From an uncultured delta proteobacterium (GTDB taxonomy: Bacteria > Myxococcota_A > UBA9160 > UBA4427): 64,000 bases of DNA. The notes below the pieces were generated by a model, which had not been told where the DNA came from, ran no database searches, and saw only the letters and a list, made by a program, of their open reading frames with translations. Below are positions 39,103-48,227 of this stretch, piece after piece. The stretch covers positions 512,001-576,000 of the forward strand of contig CAWGJT010000006.1 in assembly GCA_963822965.1 (NCBI GenBank), written 5' to 3'. Position numbers and translations under genes: made by a program. Position 1 is the stretch's first letter. Each line of letters begins with the position of its first letter.

Positions 39103-40523
39103 GGACGCGCCACGTGGCGGCCTGGCTGGTCGGAGCGCTCCTCCTGGGCTGCGACGCCCCTGCGACCTTGCGACCGAACATCGTGCTCATCATCGGGGAC
39201 GACCACGCCTATCCCGACGCGGGCTTCATGGGCAGCAAGGTCGCGCGTACGCCGAATCTCGATCGACTCGCCGCCGAGGGCACCGTGTTCACCACGGCCT
39301 ACAACACGTCCAGCGTGTGCCGCCCCTCGCTCCTCTCACTGCTGACCGGGCTCCAGCCCTACCCGGCCAGCCTCTGGCTGGGGCGGCTCGAGCGGCGCGG
39401 CCTGGCCCGGAGGGCCGGCGCCATCCGCTACCTCGACACCCTGCCCGGACTGCTGAAGAGCCGCGGGTATCGGAGCTTCCAGGCGGGGAAGCTCTGGGAA
39501 GGAAGTCGCTTCGAGGAGGCCGGCTTCACCGCCGGAACCAAGACGGGTGCCCCCGGCGGTGGTCCCATGGTGCAGCTCGTGGGCGGCGAGTCGGGACTGC
39601 AGGTCGGCCGCACCACCATGGCACCGGTCTTCGAGTTCCTCCGAGACGCTGCCGGAGAGCCCTTCTTCCTCTGGTTCGCGCCGATGCTGCCCCACCGACC
39701 CTTCGACGCGCCGCCCGAGGCCCGCGCGCGCTACGAAGGCGAGCGGCTCTCCGAGAGCGCCCTCGGCTACTACGCGAACGTCTCCCGCCTCGACGACGCC
39801 GTCGGTGACCTGCTCGACGAGCTCGACACCCGGGAGATCACCGATCGAACCCTCGTCGTCTACCTCTCCGACAACGGCTGGGACCCGAGCGGCGACCTCG
39901 ACGTGGGACGCGGCCGCGAGCTGGGCGGCGTGGCGGGCAAGATGTCCATGCACGAGCTGGGCTTCCGGACGCCGATGGTCTTCCGCTGGCCGGGACGGGT
40001 GCCGGCCGGGGTGGTTCGCGACGATCTCGTCTCCACCCTCGACCTGTTTCCGACCCTGCTCGACTACGCCGGGGACGCCGGGGACGCCGGGGACGCCGGG
40101 GCGGCGCGCCCGCCGGGCCGCGAGGGAATCGACCTGCGCGCGGCCGTCGAGCACGGTGCCGCGCTTCCAGCGCGTACCCTCTACGGCTGGATGGAGCATG
40201 CACTCCCGTCGCGGATCCCGCCCACCACGAAGCACTGGCGGGCGCAGGAGCGCGAAGCCTTCTTCGCGCGCAGCCCGCGCTGGCACTACATCCACTTCCC
40301 GGCGCGCGCAGACGACGGCGGCCGAGCCCAGCCCGCCGAGGCGGAGCTCTACGACCTGCGGGCCGATCCCGCCGAGAGCCGGAACGTGGCCGCCGCATTC
40401 CCCCAGGAGCTCCGCTCACTCGCCGCCGGAGTCGAGCGGTGGAGGCTGCAGGCCCTGGCCCGCCTGCCCGAGAAGGCATCGCCGGAGGCGGCGTGGCGCG
40501 ACCCCGCCCGGGCGGCCCCGTAG
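39099..40523 (+). CDS. Sulfatase-family hydrolase, probable lipoprotein
   Basis: LLLGC lipobox, PNIVLIIGDD, TPNLDRLA, CRPS...LTG, GK, PH, SDNG, ELYDL...DP.E..N; GTGA overlap with the LLM stop. Confidence 0.88.
   Translation: MRTRHVAAWLVGALLLGCDAPATLRPNIVLIIGDDHAYPDAGFMGSKVARTPNLDRLAAEGTVFTTAYNTSSVCRPSLLSLLTGLQPYPASLWLGRLERRGLARRAGAIRYLDTLPGLLKSRGYRSFQAGKLWEGSRFEEAGFTAGTKTGAPGGGPMVQLVGGESGLQVGRTTMAPVFEFLRDAAGEPFFLWFAPMLPHRPFDAPPEARARYEGERLSESALGYYANVSRLDDAVGDLLDELDTREITDRTLVVYLSDNGWDPSGDLDVGRGRELGGVAGKMSMHELGFRTPMVFRWPGRVPAGVVRDDLVSTLDLFPTLLDYAGDAGDAGDAGAARPPGREGIDLRAAVEHGAALPARTLYGWMEHALPSRIPPTTKHWRAQEREAFFARSPRWHYIHFPARADDGGRAQPAEAELYDLRADPAESRNVAAAFPQELRSLAAGVERWRLQALARLPEKASPEAAWRDPARAAP
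40066..40101. repeat. In-frame tandem repeat, 4 x ACGCCGGGG
   Basis: Read directly; encodes AG-DAG-DAG-DAG in the sulfatase. Confidence 0.9.
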
Positions 40524-40527
40524 CGGG

Positions 40528-40938
40528 TCAGCAGCAGCCGCGCGCCGGAGCGGGCTCCGGCGACGGGGAACCGAAGGTCTCCTCGTCTCCCCGGAACCGG
40601 TAGAACTCCCAGAGCAGGCCCTGCGGATCGTGGGCGTAGACGGTGCTCTTGCGCGCGTAGCAGCAATGCTCGTCCCGGATCACCTGGGACGCGAGGCCGA
40701 GGGGCTCGAGACGCTCGATGGTGCGCTCCACCTCGTCGTTGTCCGCCGCCTCGAAACCGACGTGGTTCAGTCGTTCGGCGTCGGGGTTCTCGAACAGCAC
40801 GAGCTTGAGCGGGGGCTCGTCGACGGCGAAGTTGGCGTAGCCGGGCTTCCGCTTGTTGACGGGGACGCCGAAGAGCTTCGAGTAGTAGTCGATCGCCTCG
40901 TCGAGGTCGCGCACGTTGAGGGCGAGCTGGAACCGCAT
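40528..40938 (-). CDS. arsI: ArsI/CadI-family VOC metalloenzyme (C-As lyase-like)
   Basis: QLALNVRDLDEAIDYYSKLFG, KPGYANF, PPLKLVL, LNHVG, CCYA vicinal Cys, DPQG..WE; AAGGAG SD. Confidence 0.85.
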   Translation of the reverse strand: MRFQLALNVRDLDEAIDYYSKLFGVPVNKRKPGYANFAVDEPPLKLVLFENPDAERLNHVGFEAADNDEVERTIERLEPLGLASQVIRDEHCCYARKSTVYAHDPQGLLWEFYRFRGDEETFGSPSPEPAPARGCC

Positions 40939-40987
40939 GCGGGGACTCCTTGGATTCGGGTTCTCGGGGAACGGGACGCTGAATCGC

Positions 40988-41290
40988 TCAGGCGGGACCA
41001 CAGCGGTTCGCCTGACAACAGTTCTCGGTGAGATAGGCCAGCACCTCGCCCATGGCGGCGAAGTCGGCGCGATAGAGGATCGAGCGGCCGTGGCGCTCGC
41101 TCGAGACGAGCCGCGCGTTCTTCAGCTCCTTCAGGTGGAAGGACAGGGTCGCCGCCGGGATCTCGAGGCTCCGGGAGAGCACTCCGGGCGCGCTGCCCTC
41201 CCGCCCGGCCCGGACCAACGCGCGGAACACGTCGAGACGCGTCTCCTGGGCGAGGGCCGACAGGGCCGCGAGCACGTCCTGCTTCTCCAC
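40988..41290 (-). CDS. arsR: ArsR/SmtB-family transcriptional repressor
   Basis: ALAQETRLDVFRALV, ATLSFHLKEL, GRSILY, C-terminal ENCC As(III)-binding type motif. Confidence 0.9.
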   Translation of the reverse strand: MEKQDVLAALSALAQETRLDVFRALVRAGREGSAPGVLSRSLEIPAATLSFHLKELKNARLVSSERHGRSILYRADFAAMGEVLAYLTENCCQANRCGPA

Positions 41291-41348
41291 GATGTCCCCC
41301 CTTTGACCCTTCACACGCCACGCGCCACGCACCGGGCTGGATTTATTG

Positions 41349-41366
41349 TTTCCAACACTATCGAAT
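41349..41366. promoter_or_regulatory. Possible ArsR operator
   Basis: AT-rich patch with imperfect inverted repeat TTCCA-N6-TCGAA about 60 nt upstream of arsR. Confidence 0.4.
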
Positions 41367-41463
41367 CATGAAATCGATGTCGACCCCTTCCGTCCGGCGA
41401 ATCCGGCGGATCCGGTAGAATGCGCCGCAACCCCTCGGAGACAGGAACGAAATCCGGCAGCCG

Positions 41464-41910
41464 ATGGAGCACCCCGCGACCCCCGGGCGATGGCGCGCGC
41501 GCCTGGCCGCCCTGCCCCCGGGCCTGATCCAGCTCGTTCGCTTCGCGATCGTCGGGGGCCTCGGCACGGTCACGAACCTGGTCCTGTTCTACGTCCTGGT
41601 CGACCTCGGGAGCCTCGCCCCCCTCCTCGGCACCGTCGTCTGCTTCGCGGTGGCCGTGTCCCAGAACTACGTGCTGAACGAGCTGTGGACCTTCGCGACC
41701 GCCGGAGACGGCCGGCTCGCGGGGCGCCGCTACGTGAAGTTCGTCGTCGCGTCGCTCGTAGGCCTCGGGGTGAACCTGGTGGTGCTGGCCGCCTTGATCG
41801 CGATGGTGCAGTTCCCATTGCTCGTGATTCCCCAGGCCGTCGGGATCGGCGCCGGCATGACGGTCAACTTCCTCGCGTCCCGCTCCCTGGTGTTCCACCG
41901 CCGCGACTGA
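41464..41910 (+). CDS. GtrA-family membrane protein
   Basis: QLVRFAIVGG, NYVLNELWTF, four TMs, NFLASR..VF. Confidence 0.88.
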   Translation: MEHPATPGRWRARLAALPPGLIQLVRFAIVGGLGTVTNLVLFYVLVDLGSLAPLLGTVVCFAVAVSQNYVLNELWTFATAGDGRLAGRRYVKFVVASLVGLGVNLVVLAALIAMVQFPLLVIPQAVGIGAGMTVNFLASRSLVFHRRD

Positions 41911-41961
41911 GCCCGCCCTCGCGGCGGCTCGCGTGATAGGCTCGTTGCCGGGAGGCCCGGC

Positions 41962-42825
41962 ATGCGAGGAGGAATCCGTTCCGGCGAGCTGACTGGCTTC
42001 GAGGTGGCCGTGCGCGATCCGGGCGTGGCCTGGATCCGCTTCAACCGCCCCGACCGCCTGAACGGCATGAACCCGGCGATGAAGCGCGACCTCGTCGAGA
42101 CCCTGCTGCAGGCGCAGATGGACGACGGCGTGCGGGTCGTGGTCTTCACCGGCTCGGGGCGCGCGTTCTGCGCGGGCGACGATCTGAACGCCTATCGGAG
42201 CCCCGACGAGTCCACGCTCGTCCCGCCCATCGCCCCCGGGCACGACACTCCCATGGGCACCTACGACGGCCTGCGCAGCGTCTCCCAGGCCGTGAATCTC
42301 GCCATCCGGAGCCTCGACAAGCTGTCCATCGCGGCCATCAACGGCGTCGCCATCCAGACCGGGCTCTCCCTCGCGCTCGCCTGCGACTTCCGGATCGCGT
42401 CGAGCGACGCGCGGCTGGGCAGCGCCACCCTGCGCTTCGGGCTGATGCCGGACGAGGGCGGGCAGTACCTGCTGGTCCAGCATCTCGGCCTGGCCCGGGC
42501 GATGGACTTCCTGATGCGCAAGCGGATCGTCTCCGCCCACGAGGCCCACGACCTCGGCCTCGTGCACGAGGTCGCGGAGCCAGCGACGCTCGAGACCCGC
42601 ACCTTGGAGCTGGCCCGCGAGCTCGCCGAGGGCCCCCAGGTGGCCATGCGCCTCCTCAAGCGTTCGATCTACAACGCGGCGGAGCTGAGCTTTTCCCAGG
42701 CCCTGGACGAGATCGCCGCCAAGACCGCGGTGAGCGACCACCACCCCGATGCCCGGGAGGGCGTCACGGCGTTCCGGGAGAAGCGCCCTGCCCGCTTCAA
42801 CCGCTGGCTCGAGAAGGACGAGTGA
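41962..42825 (+). CDS. Enoyl-CoA hydratase/isomerase (crotonase) family protein
   Basis: NRPDRLNG, GRAFCAGDD, AAINGVA, ALACDFRIAS, EGVTAFREKR. Confidence 0.9.
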   Translation: MRGGIRSGELTGFEVAVRDPGVAWIRFNRPDRLNGMNPAMKRDLVETLLQAQMDDGVRVVVFTGSGRAFCAGDDLNAYRSPDESTLVPPIAPGHDTPMGTYDGLRSVSQAVNLAIRSLDKLSIAAINGVAIQTGLSLALACDFRIASSDARLGSATLRFGLMPDEGGQYLLVQHLGLARAMDFLMRKRIVSAHEAHDLGLVHEVAEPATLETRTLELARELAEGPQVAMRLLKRSIYNAAELSFSQALDEIAAKTAVSDHHPDAREGVTAFREKRPARFNRWLEKDE

Positions 42826-42829
42826 CGGA

Positions 42830-43684
42830 TCAGGCCTGGGAGTAGCCCGAGCCCGGCCGGTCGAAGCCGATGCCACGGCCCTTCTCGATCCAGCCGAACT
42901 CCTTCAGCACGACCTGGCTGTAGGTGACCCGGCCGCTCACCTTCTCGAGGGGCTCCGTGGCGAGCAGCAACGCGGCCTGGGCCATGTACTCCGCGGGCTC
43001 GGCCCGGGGATCCTCCATCCCGCGGACGAGCTTGTGGTGGACGGTGCCCGGGGTCGCCACCACCTGGGACGGCGACACGCAGGTCACCGAGACCCCGTCG
43101 TCGTAGACCTCGGCGGCGAGCCCCTGGGTGAAGCGTTCGAGGGCGGCCTTCTCGGCCCCGTACAGGGTGCCGCCCCGGAAGCGCCGCACCTCCTCGGAGT
43201 AGGGAGCGACGCCCGGGCCGATGGCCGCGCCGCTCGAGATGTTCACGATGGCGCCGGCCCGGCGCTCGATCATCTTGGGCAGCACGAGCTGGGAGAGGTA
43301 GAACGGCGCGTGCACGTTCACCGCGAACGAGCGGTGCCACTTGCCCAGCGGGAAGTCGCGGATCGGGATGAAGTACGTGAGCGCCGCGTTGTTGACCAGC
43401 ACGTCGACGGGGCCGAGCGTCTTCTCCACCTCCGCCACCGCCTGGGCGCAGTTGTCGTACTCCGAGACGTCGCAGGGGAGCGCGAACGCTTCGCCGCCCG
43501 CCGACCGGATCCGGTCCACCGTCCGCGAGAGGGATCCGGCGAAGAGCCGGTGGCCGCCCTCCTCCAGGGTGCGCGCGCTGCAGGCCACCCGCGCGCCCTC
43601 CCGACCGAAGAGCTCGGCGATCTCCTGACCGATCCCGCGACTCGCGCCCGTCACCAGCGCCACCTTCCCATCGAGTCTGCCCAT
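42830..43684 (-). CDS. Short-chain dehydrogenase/reductase
   Basis: TGASRGIG, NNAA, YGAEK; ATG 43684 with GGAGG SD. Confidence 0.9.
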   Translation of the reverse strand: MGRLDGKVALVTGASRGIGQEIAELFGREGARVACSARTLEEGGHRLFAGSLSRTVDRIRSAGGEAFALPCDVSEYDNCAQAVAEVEKTLGPVDVLVNNAALTYFIPIRDFPLGKWHRSFAVNVHAPFYLSQLVLPKMIERRAGAIVNISSGAAIGPGVAPYSEEVRRFRGGTLYGAEKAALERFTQGLAAEVYDDGVSVTCVSPSQVVATPGTVHHKLVRGMEDPRAEPAEYMAQAALLLATEPLEKVSGRVTYSQVVLKEFGWIEKGRGIGFDRPGSGYSQA

Positions 43685-43802
43685 CTTCGTCCCTCCTGGC
43701 CGGCTTTCCCCCGAGCCCTGCGAGTCTACCGCCCTCACGGACGAAACCGCTTCCCGCGCCCCCGACCGCGGCGGTAGAATCGGGCTCACCCGGAGGAGCC
43801 GG

Positions 43803-45383
43803 ATGAACGAGCCCGCCCCGCCCGACTTCCTCGCGACGCCTCGCGACGCCGCCAAGGTGGGCATGCTCATCGCGTTCACCGCGCGCCGCGCCCCGGGTCG
43901 GCCCGCCATCCTGTCGGAGCGCGGCGGCCGGACATACGGCGAGCTCGACGAGCGGGCGAATCGCCTGGTGCGCGCGCTGCGCGCCCGAGGCCTCGCCGCG
44001 GGGGACGCGGTGGCGCTCCTGTGCAGCAACCGGCCGGAGTTCGCCGAGGTGTACGCGGCCTGCCTCCGCGGCGGCTTCCGACTCACCTGCCTCAACTGGC
44101 ACCTGAAGGCGGACGAGGCCGGCTACATCGTGGACGACTGCGAGGCGCGGGCCTTCCTCGCCGAGGCCGACCGCGTGAGCGAGGTGGCGGCGGCCGCCGC
44201 CGAGATGGCGCCCTGCGCCTCCGTGCGCCTGTCCATCGGCGGTGCGATCCCGGGCTTCGAGTCCTACGAGAAGGCGCTCGCCGCGGAGTCGGCCGCGATC
44301 CTCACGGATCCCGTCCGCGGAACCACCATGCTCTACACGTCGGGCACCACCGGACGACCGAAGGGCGTGCATCGCGACACCCCGCCGCCCCCGGACCGCA
44401 CGCCGAACCGCGAGCCGATGGTGCGCGGCGAATCCGTGGTGCTGTGCACGGGTCCCCTGTACCACGCAGCGCCCCTGCAGACCAACCTCGTCCTGCCCCT
44501 TCACCGGGGCGTGACGGTGGTGCTGATGGACCGCTGGGACGCGGAGGAGACCCTGCGGCTCGTGGAGCGACACCGGGTCACCCACACCCACATGGTGGCG
44601 ACCATGTTCCATCGCCTGCTGGCGCTGCCGGAGGAGACGCGCGACCGCTACGACCTCTCGTCCCTGCGTTACGTGCTCCACGGCGCCGCCCCCACCCCCG
44701 TCCACGTCAAGCAGGCCATGATGGACTGGCTGGGACCCCGGCTCTACGAGTACTACGCGGCCACCGAGGGCGGCGGCACCTTCATCACGCCGGAGCAGTG
44801 GCTCGCGAGGCCGGGCAGCGTGGGACCGGCCAACCCCGGGAGACGGGTCGAGATCCTGGACGACGACGGCCGCCGACTCGGCCCCGGCGAGGTGGGCACC
44901 GTCTACTTCGATCGCCCGGAGAGCGGAGCCTTCACGTACTTCAAGGACGCGGACAAGACGGCTTCCGCCTACCGGGACGACCGCTTCACCCTGGGCGACC
45001 ACGGCTACCTGGACGAGGACGGCTATCTCTTCCTCACGGGCCGCACCTCCGAAACCATCATCTCGGCCGGCGTAAACGTCTACCCCGCGGAGGTCGACGC
45101 GGTGCTGCTGATGCACCGCGCGGTGGCCGACGCGGCCACGGTGGGCGTGCCCCACGACGAGCGCGGCGAGGAGGTGAGAGCCGTGGTGCAGCTGGCGCCC
45201 GGTCACGCGCCCTCGGCCGATCTCGCCGCCGAGCTGATCGCCTTCTGCCGCGAGCGCCTCGCACACTTCAAGTGTCCCCGCGGCGTCGACTTCGACCCCG
45301 CGCTGCCCCGGGGCGAAGCCGGAAAGATCCAGCGACACCGCGTACGCGAGCGCTACTGGCCGGATCGACACACGCAAACATAG
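43803..45383 (+). CDS. Acyl-CoA synthetase (AMP-binding enzyme)
   Basis: YTSGTTGRPKG, PLYH, YYAATE, GD.G..DEDGYL, AGKI. Confidence 0.92.
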   Translation: MNEPAPPDFLATPRDAAKVGMLIAFTARRAPGRPAILSERGGRTYGELDERANRLVRALRARGLAAGDAVALLCSNRPEFAEVYAACLRGGFRLTCLNWHLKADEAGYIVDDCEARAFLAEADRVSEVAAAAAEMAPCASVRLSIGGAIPGFESYEKALAAESAAILTDPVRGTTMLYTSGTTGRPKGVHRDTPPPPDRTPNREPMVRGESVVLCTGPLYHAAPLQTNLVLPLHRGVTVVLMDRWDAEETLRLVERHRVTHTHMVATMFHRLLALPEETRDRYDLSSLRYVLHGAAPTPVHVKQAMMDWLGPRLYEYYAATEGGGTFITPEQWLARPGSVGPANPGRRVEILDDDGRRLGPGEVGTVYFDRPESGAFTYFKDADKTASAYRDDRFTLGDHGYLDEDGYLFLTGRTSETIISAGVNVYPAEVDAVLLMHRAVADAATVGVPHDERGEEVRAVVQLAPGHAPSADLAAELIAFCRERLAHFKCPRGVDFDPALPRGEAGKIQRHRVRERYWPDRHTQT

Positions 45384-46311
45384 AAGCCAAGGCGGCGCTG
45401 ACCTTCGGCTGCGGTCGGCCGCACGTGCTGGTGGTGGGACTCGACGGCGCGAACTGGGCGGTCCTCGACCCGCCCATCGACGCGGGCTATCTGCCGAACA
45501 TCGGTCGTCTCGTGCGCCACGGCGCCGGCGCGGGGCTCCTCTGCGAGCCCGCGGATCCGGCCGCGCCGTGCTTCTGTCCGCCGGTCTGGACCTCCGTCGC
45601 CACCGGCGTGACGCGCGGCGAGCACCGCATCCGCAACGTCTTCGACCCTTCGTCCCGGCGCGCCCGCAAGACCATCGGCCGCCCGCGTGGGCGATCTTCG
45701 CCCGGGATCGCGCGGCGATGGCGGCGCTGCTCCAGCTCTCGCTGGCACGGGGCATGGCCGAGCCCTGGGACCGCAAGACCGAGCTCACCATGATGATCCT
45801 GCACGGACCGGACCGGGTGTCCCACCTGCTGTGGGGCGGTCTGCAGGACGTGATGTACGGACCGTTCCACACGGAGGCGCTGCTCGCCCAGGCGGCCGCC
45901 TACGACGGGCCGGTCCTCGAGCCCGGCCCCTTCGGCTGGGGACAGATCGCCGATCCCTACCTGGAGGTCGACGAATGGCTGGGACGACTCCTGCTGACAC
46001 GCCGCTACGACTACATCGTGTTCGTCAGCGACCACGGCATGACGCGGAATCCCAACCCGGGACTGGCGGGGCAACACGACGTGGACTCGACCGAGGCCCA
46101 CACGGGCATCCTGGCGATCCACGGAATGGGCGTGCGCGAGGGCGCCTGGCTCGGGGACGTCTCGGTGCTCGACGTCGCGCCCACTCTCGCGTACCTGCTC
46201 GACCTGCCCGTCGCCCTGGACCTGCCGGGTCGGGTGCTGCGCGAGGCGTTCACCGACGAACGGCTGGAGCGCCGGCCCGCCTATGCGAAGACCGTGATGA
46301 GCTGGGAGTGA
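45384..46311 (+). pseudogene. Disrupted alkaline-phosphatase-superfamily (type I phosphodiesterase) gene
   Basis: VLVVGLDGA...PPVWTSVATG...H in one frame; D..SH, VSDHG, DVAPT...LPGRVL in another frame; no start or signal peptide; junction near 45676. Confidence 0.7.
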
Positions 46312-46396
46312 GCCGGCTCGAGCCGGCTCCTTCCTCTCCGGGCCGGCGGCGCCGCGCCGGCCGGCCGCGCACCCGTCTTCCCCGGCCCTCGCGCCC

Positions 46397-47245
46397 TCAG
46401 GCCGCTTCGTCCGCCGCCCGGATCAGGTGCACGTCGCGCTGGGGGAACGGGATGGAGCAGCCCGCCGCTTCCAGCTCCAGCTTGAGCTCGCGAATCAGAT
46501 CGAAGCGCAGGGCCCAGTACTCGCTTCCCTTGCACCACGGGCGCACCACCAGGTTCACCGAGGAGTCCCCCAGCTCGGACACGGCGATCGTCGTGGCGGG
46601 GTCGGCGAGCACGCGCTTGTCGTTCCCCACCACCCGGGCGATGGTGTCCATGGCCAGCTGGATGTCGTCCGTGTACGAGATGCTCATGACGAGGTCGACG
46701 CGGCGATTCTCGTTGGCCGAGTAGTTCTTGATCGTCGAGCCGTAGATCGACGAGTTCGGCACGGTGATGCGGACGTTGTCCGGCGTATTCAGGATCGTGG
46801 AGAAGATGCCAATCTCCACGACGCTCCCTGCCGTGCCGCCCACCTCGACGTAGTCCCCCGGCCGGAAGGGTCGGAAGAGCAGCAGCATCGTGCCCGCGGC
46901 GAAGTTCGACAGGGTGCCCTGGAGGGCCAGTCCGACCGCCAGACCCGCGGCGCCGAGGACGGCGATGATCGACGTGGTCTGGATGCCGAACAGGTTCAGA
47001 ACGGCCACCAGCACCACGGTGAGGGCGAGGTAGTAGACGGCGCTCGAGATGAAGGGCACCAGCGCCCCGTCCACCTTTCCGCGCTCGAGGGTGTGACGCA
47101 CCGACTTGCGGATCAGACCGGCCACCCACCGACCGACGATCAGGACGATGATGGCGCCCACGACGCTCAGGCCCCAGGTGGAGACGAGCTTCGCGCTCGC
47201 GTCGACGACCTGTCCGACGGTGTTGCTGACTGCGTTGGGATCCAT
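46397..47245 (-). CDS. mscS: Small-conductance mechanosensitive channel
   Basis: GAAGLAVGLALQGTLSNFAAG, RPFRPGD, VPNS, RRVD, IPFPQRDVH. Confidence 0.93.
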   Translation of the reverse strand: MDPNAVSNTVGQVVDASAKLVSTWGLSVVGAIIVLIVGRWVAGLIRKSVRHTLERGKVDGALVPFISSAVYYLALTVVLVAVLNLFGIQTTSIIAVLGAAGLAVGLALQGTLSNFAAGTMLLLFRPFRPGDYVEVGGTAGSVVEIGIFSTILNTPDNVRITVPNSSIYGSTIKNYSANENRRVDLVMSISYTDDIQLAMDTIARVVGNDKRVLADPATTIAVSELGDSSVNLVVRPWCKGSEYWALRFDLIRELKLELEAAGCSIPFPQRDVHLIRAADEAA

Positions 47246-47270
47246 GACTGCCCTCACCCTTTTTGCCAGT

Positions 47271-47302
47271 CCGCGTCTGCCGCGTCTGCCGCGTCTGCCG
47301 CG
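47271..47302. repeat. Intergenic tandem repeat, 3.5 x CCGCGTCTG
   Basis: Read directly, 25 nt upstream of the mscS start. Confidence 0.85.
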
Positions 47303-47512
47303 CTCGTCCGTGGCGCTGGTCGGCTCTCGGTTCACGGAGGATCGCTCGTGCACCTCCGCGGAGCGGATGTTACGACACGAGCCGGACTGTCAGCGACGGG
47401 AGATGACGGAAAATCTCGCGCTCCAGCGGGCAGAGCGCGGCCCAGGCGGGGCCGGCAGCCGCTGTTGTCCAGATTTTCGGGGGCAGGGGGCACCAGAGCC
47501 CCCTCCACACGA

Positions 47513-48184
47513 CTAACGCGGCCGCAGGCGTAGCCGGTCGCCGAGGTCCGGGAGGGGCTCGTCCCAGCGCCGGGCGCCCCTCCCCTGAGCGATCGGCCCC
47601 AGGAAGATCTCCACGGCACGCGCCACACGGTCGCGCAGCGACTTCGAGGGGTCGTCGTAGAGCCACTGGATCAGCGTGCCGTGCGAGAGGCTGTCGTAGG
47701 CCCGGGCCAGGTCCTCGGCGCTGTGGTCCGCGCTGATCTCGCTCCGCTGCTGCCCCCGCTCCATCAGCCGGGTGAGCCGCTGGATGGTGAACTCGCGGGC
47801 CTCCGCCGCACCGCCGCCCTCCTCGAGCCCCACTTGCCGCTTGGCGATCTCGCGAAACACGCCCTTGTAGAACGGTCGCACCTGCTCGATGACCTCCCCC
47901 ATGTGATCGCCGAGCGCGCGCAGGAGCGTCGGAACCGGCGTATGCTCGTCGTCCAGCGCGCGATCGAGCATGCCCCCGTAGTAGGAGAGGACGTCCTCGG
48001 TGATCGCGTCCACCAGCGCATGCTTGGACGCGAAGTAGTTGAAGACCGTGGCGCGAGCGACGCCCGCTGTCCGGGCGATCTCGGAGACGGTGACCTCGTC
48101 GAAGCCATGCATCGCGAAGAGCTTCTTGGCGCTCTCGAGGATTCGCTCGCGCTGCTCGATCCGGTTCTGGTCCCGCCTGCTCAC
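47513..48184 (-). CDS. TetR/AcrR-family transcriptional regulator
   Basis: RERILESAKKLF...GFDEVTVSEIARTAGVARATVFNYFASK HTH; start approximate. Confidence 0.92.
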   Translation of the reverse strand: MSRRDQNRIEQRERILESAKKLFAMHGFDEVTVSEIARTAGVARATVFNYFASKHALVDAITEDVLSYYGGMLDRALDDEHTPVPTLLRALGDHMGEVIEQVRPFYKGVFREIAKRQVGLEEGGGAAEAREFTIQRLTRLMERGQQRSEISADHSAEDLARAYDSLSHGTLIQWLYDDPSKSLRDRVARAVEIFLGPIAQGRGARRWDEPLPDLGDRLRLRPR

Positions 48185-48227
48185 GGCCACGGCCTTCTCC
48201 CGCCTCCATCCGCCTCCAGGAAGATCC

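Noticed and set aside
35916..40523. 1535-aa ORF
   Set aside because: Only the last 474 aa (sulfatase, from 39099) are real; the rest overlaps EF-G, SDR and LLM genes in another frame
41393..41420. Three imperfect TCCGG units at 9-bp period before the gtrA -10 box
   Set aside because: Too short and GC-rich to distinguish from chance
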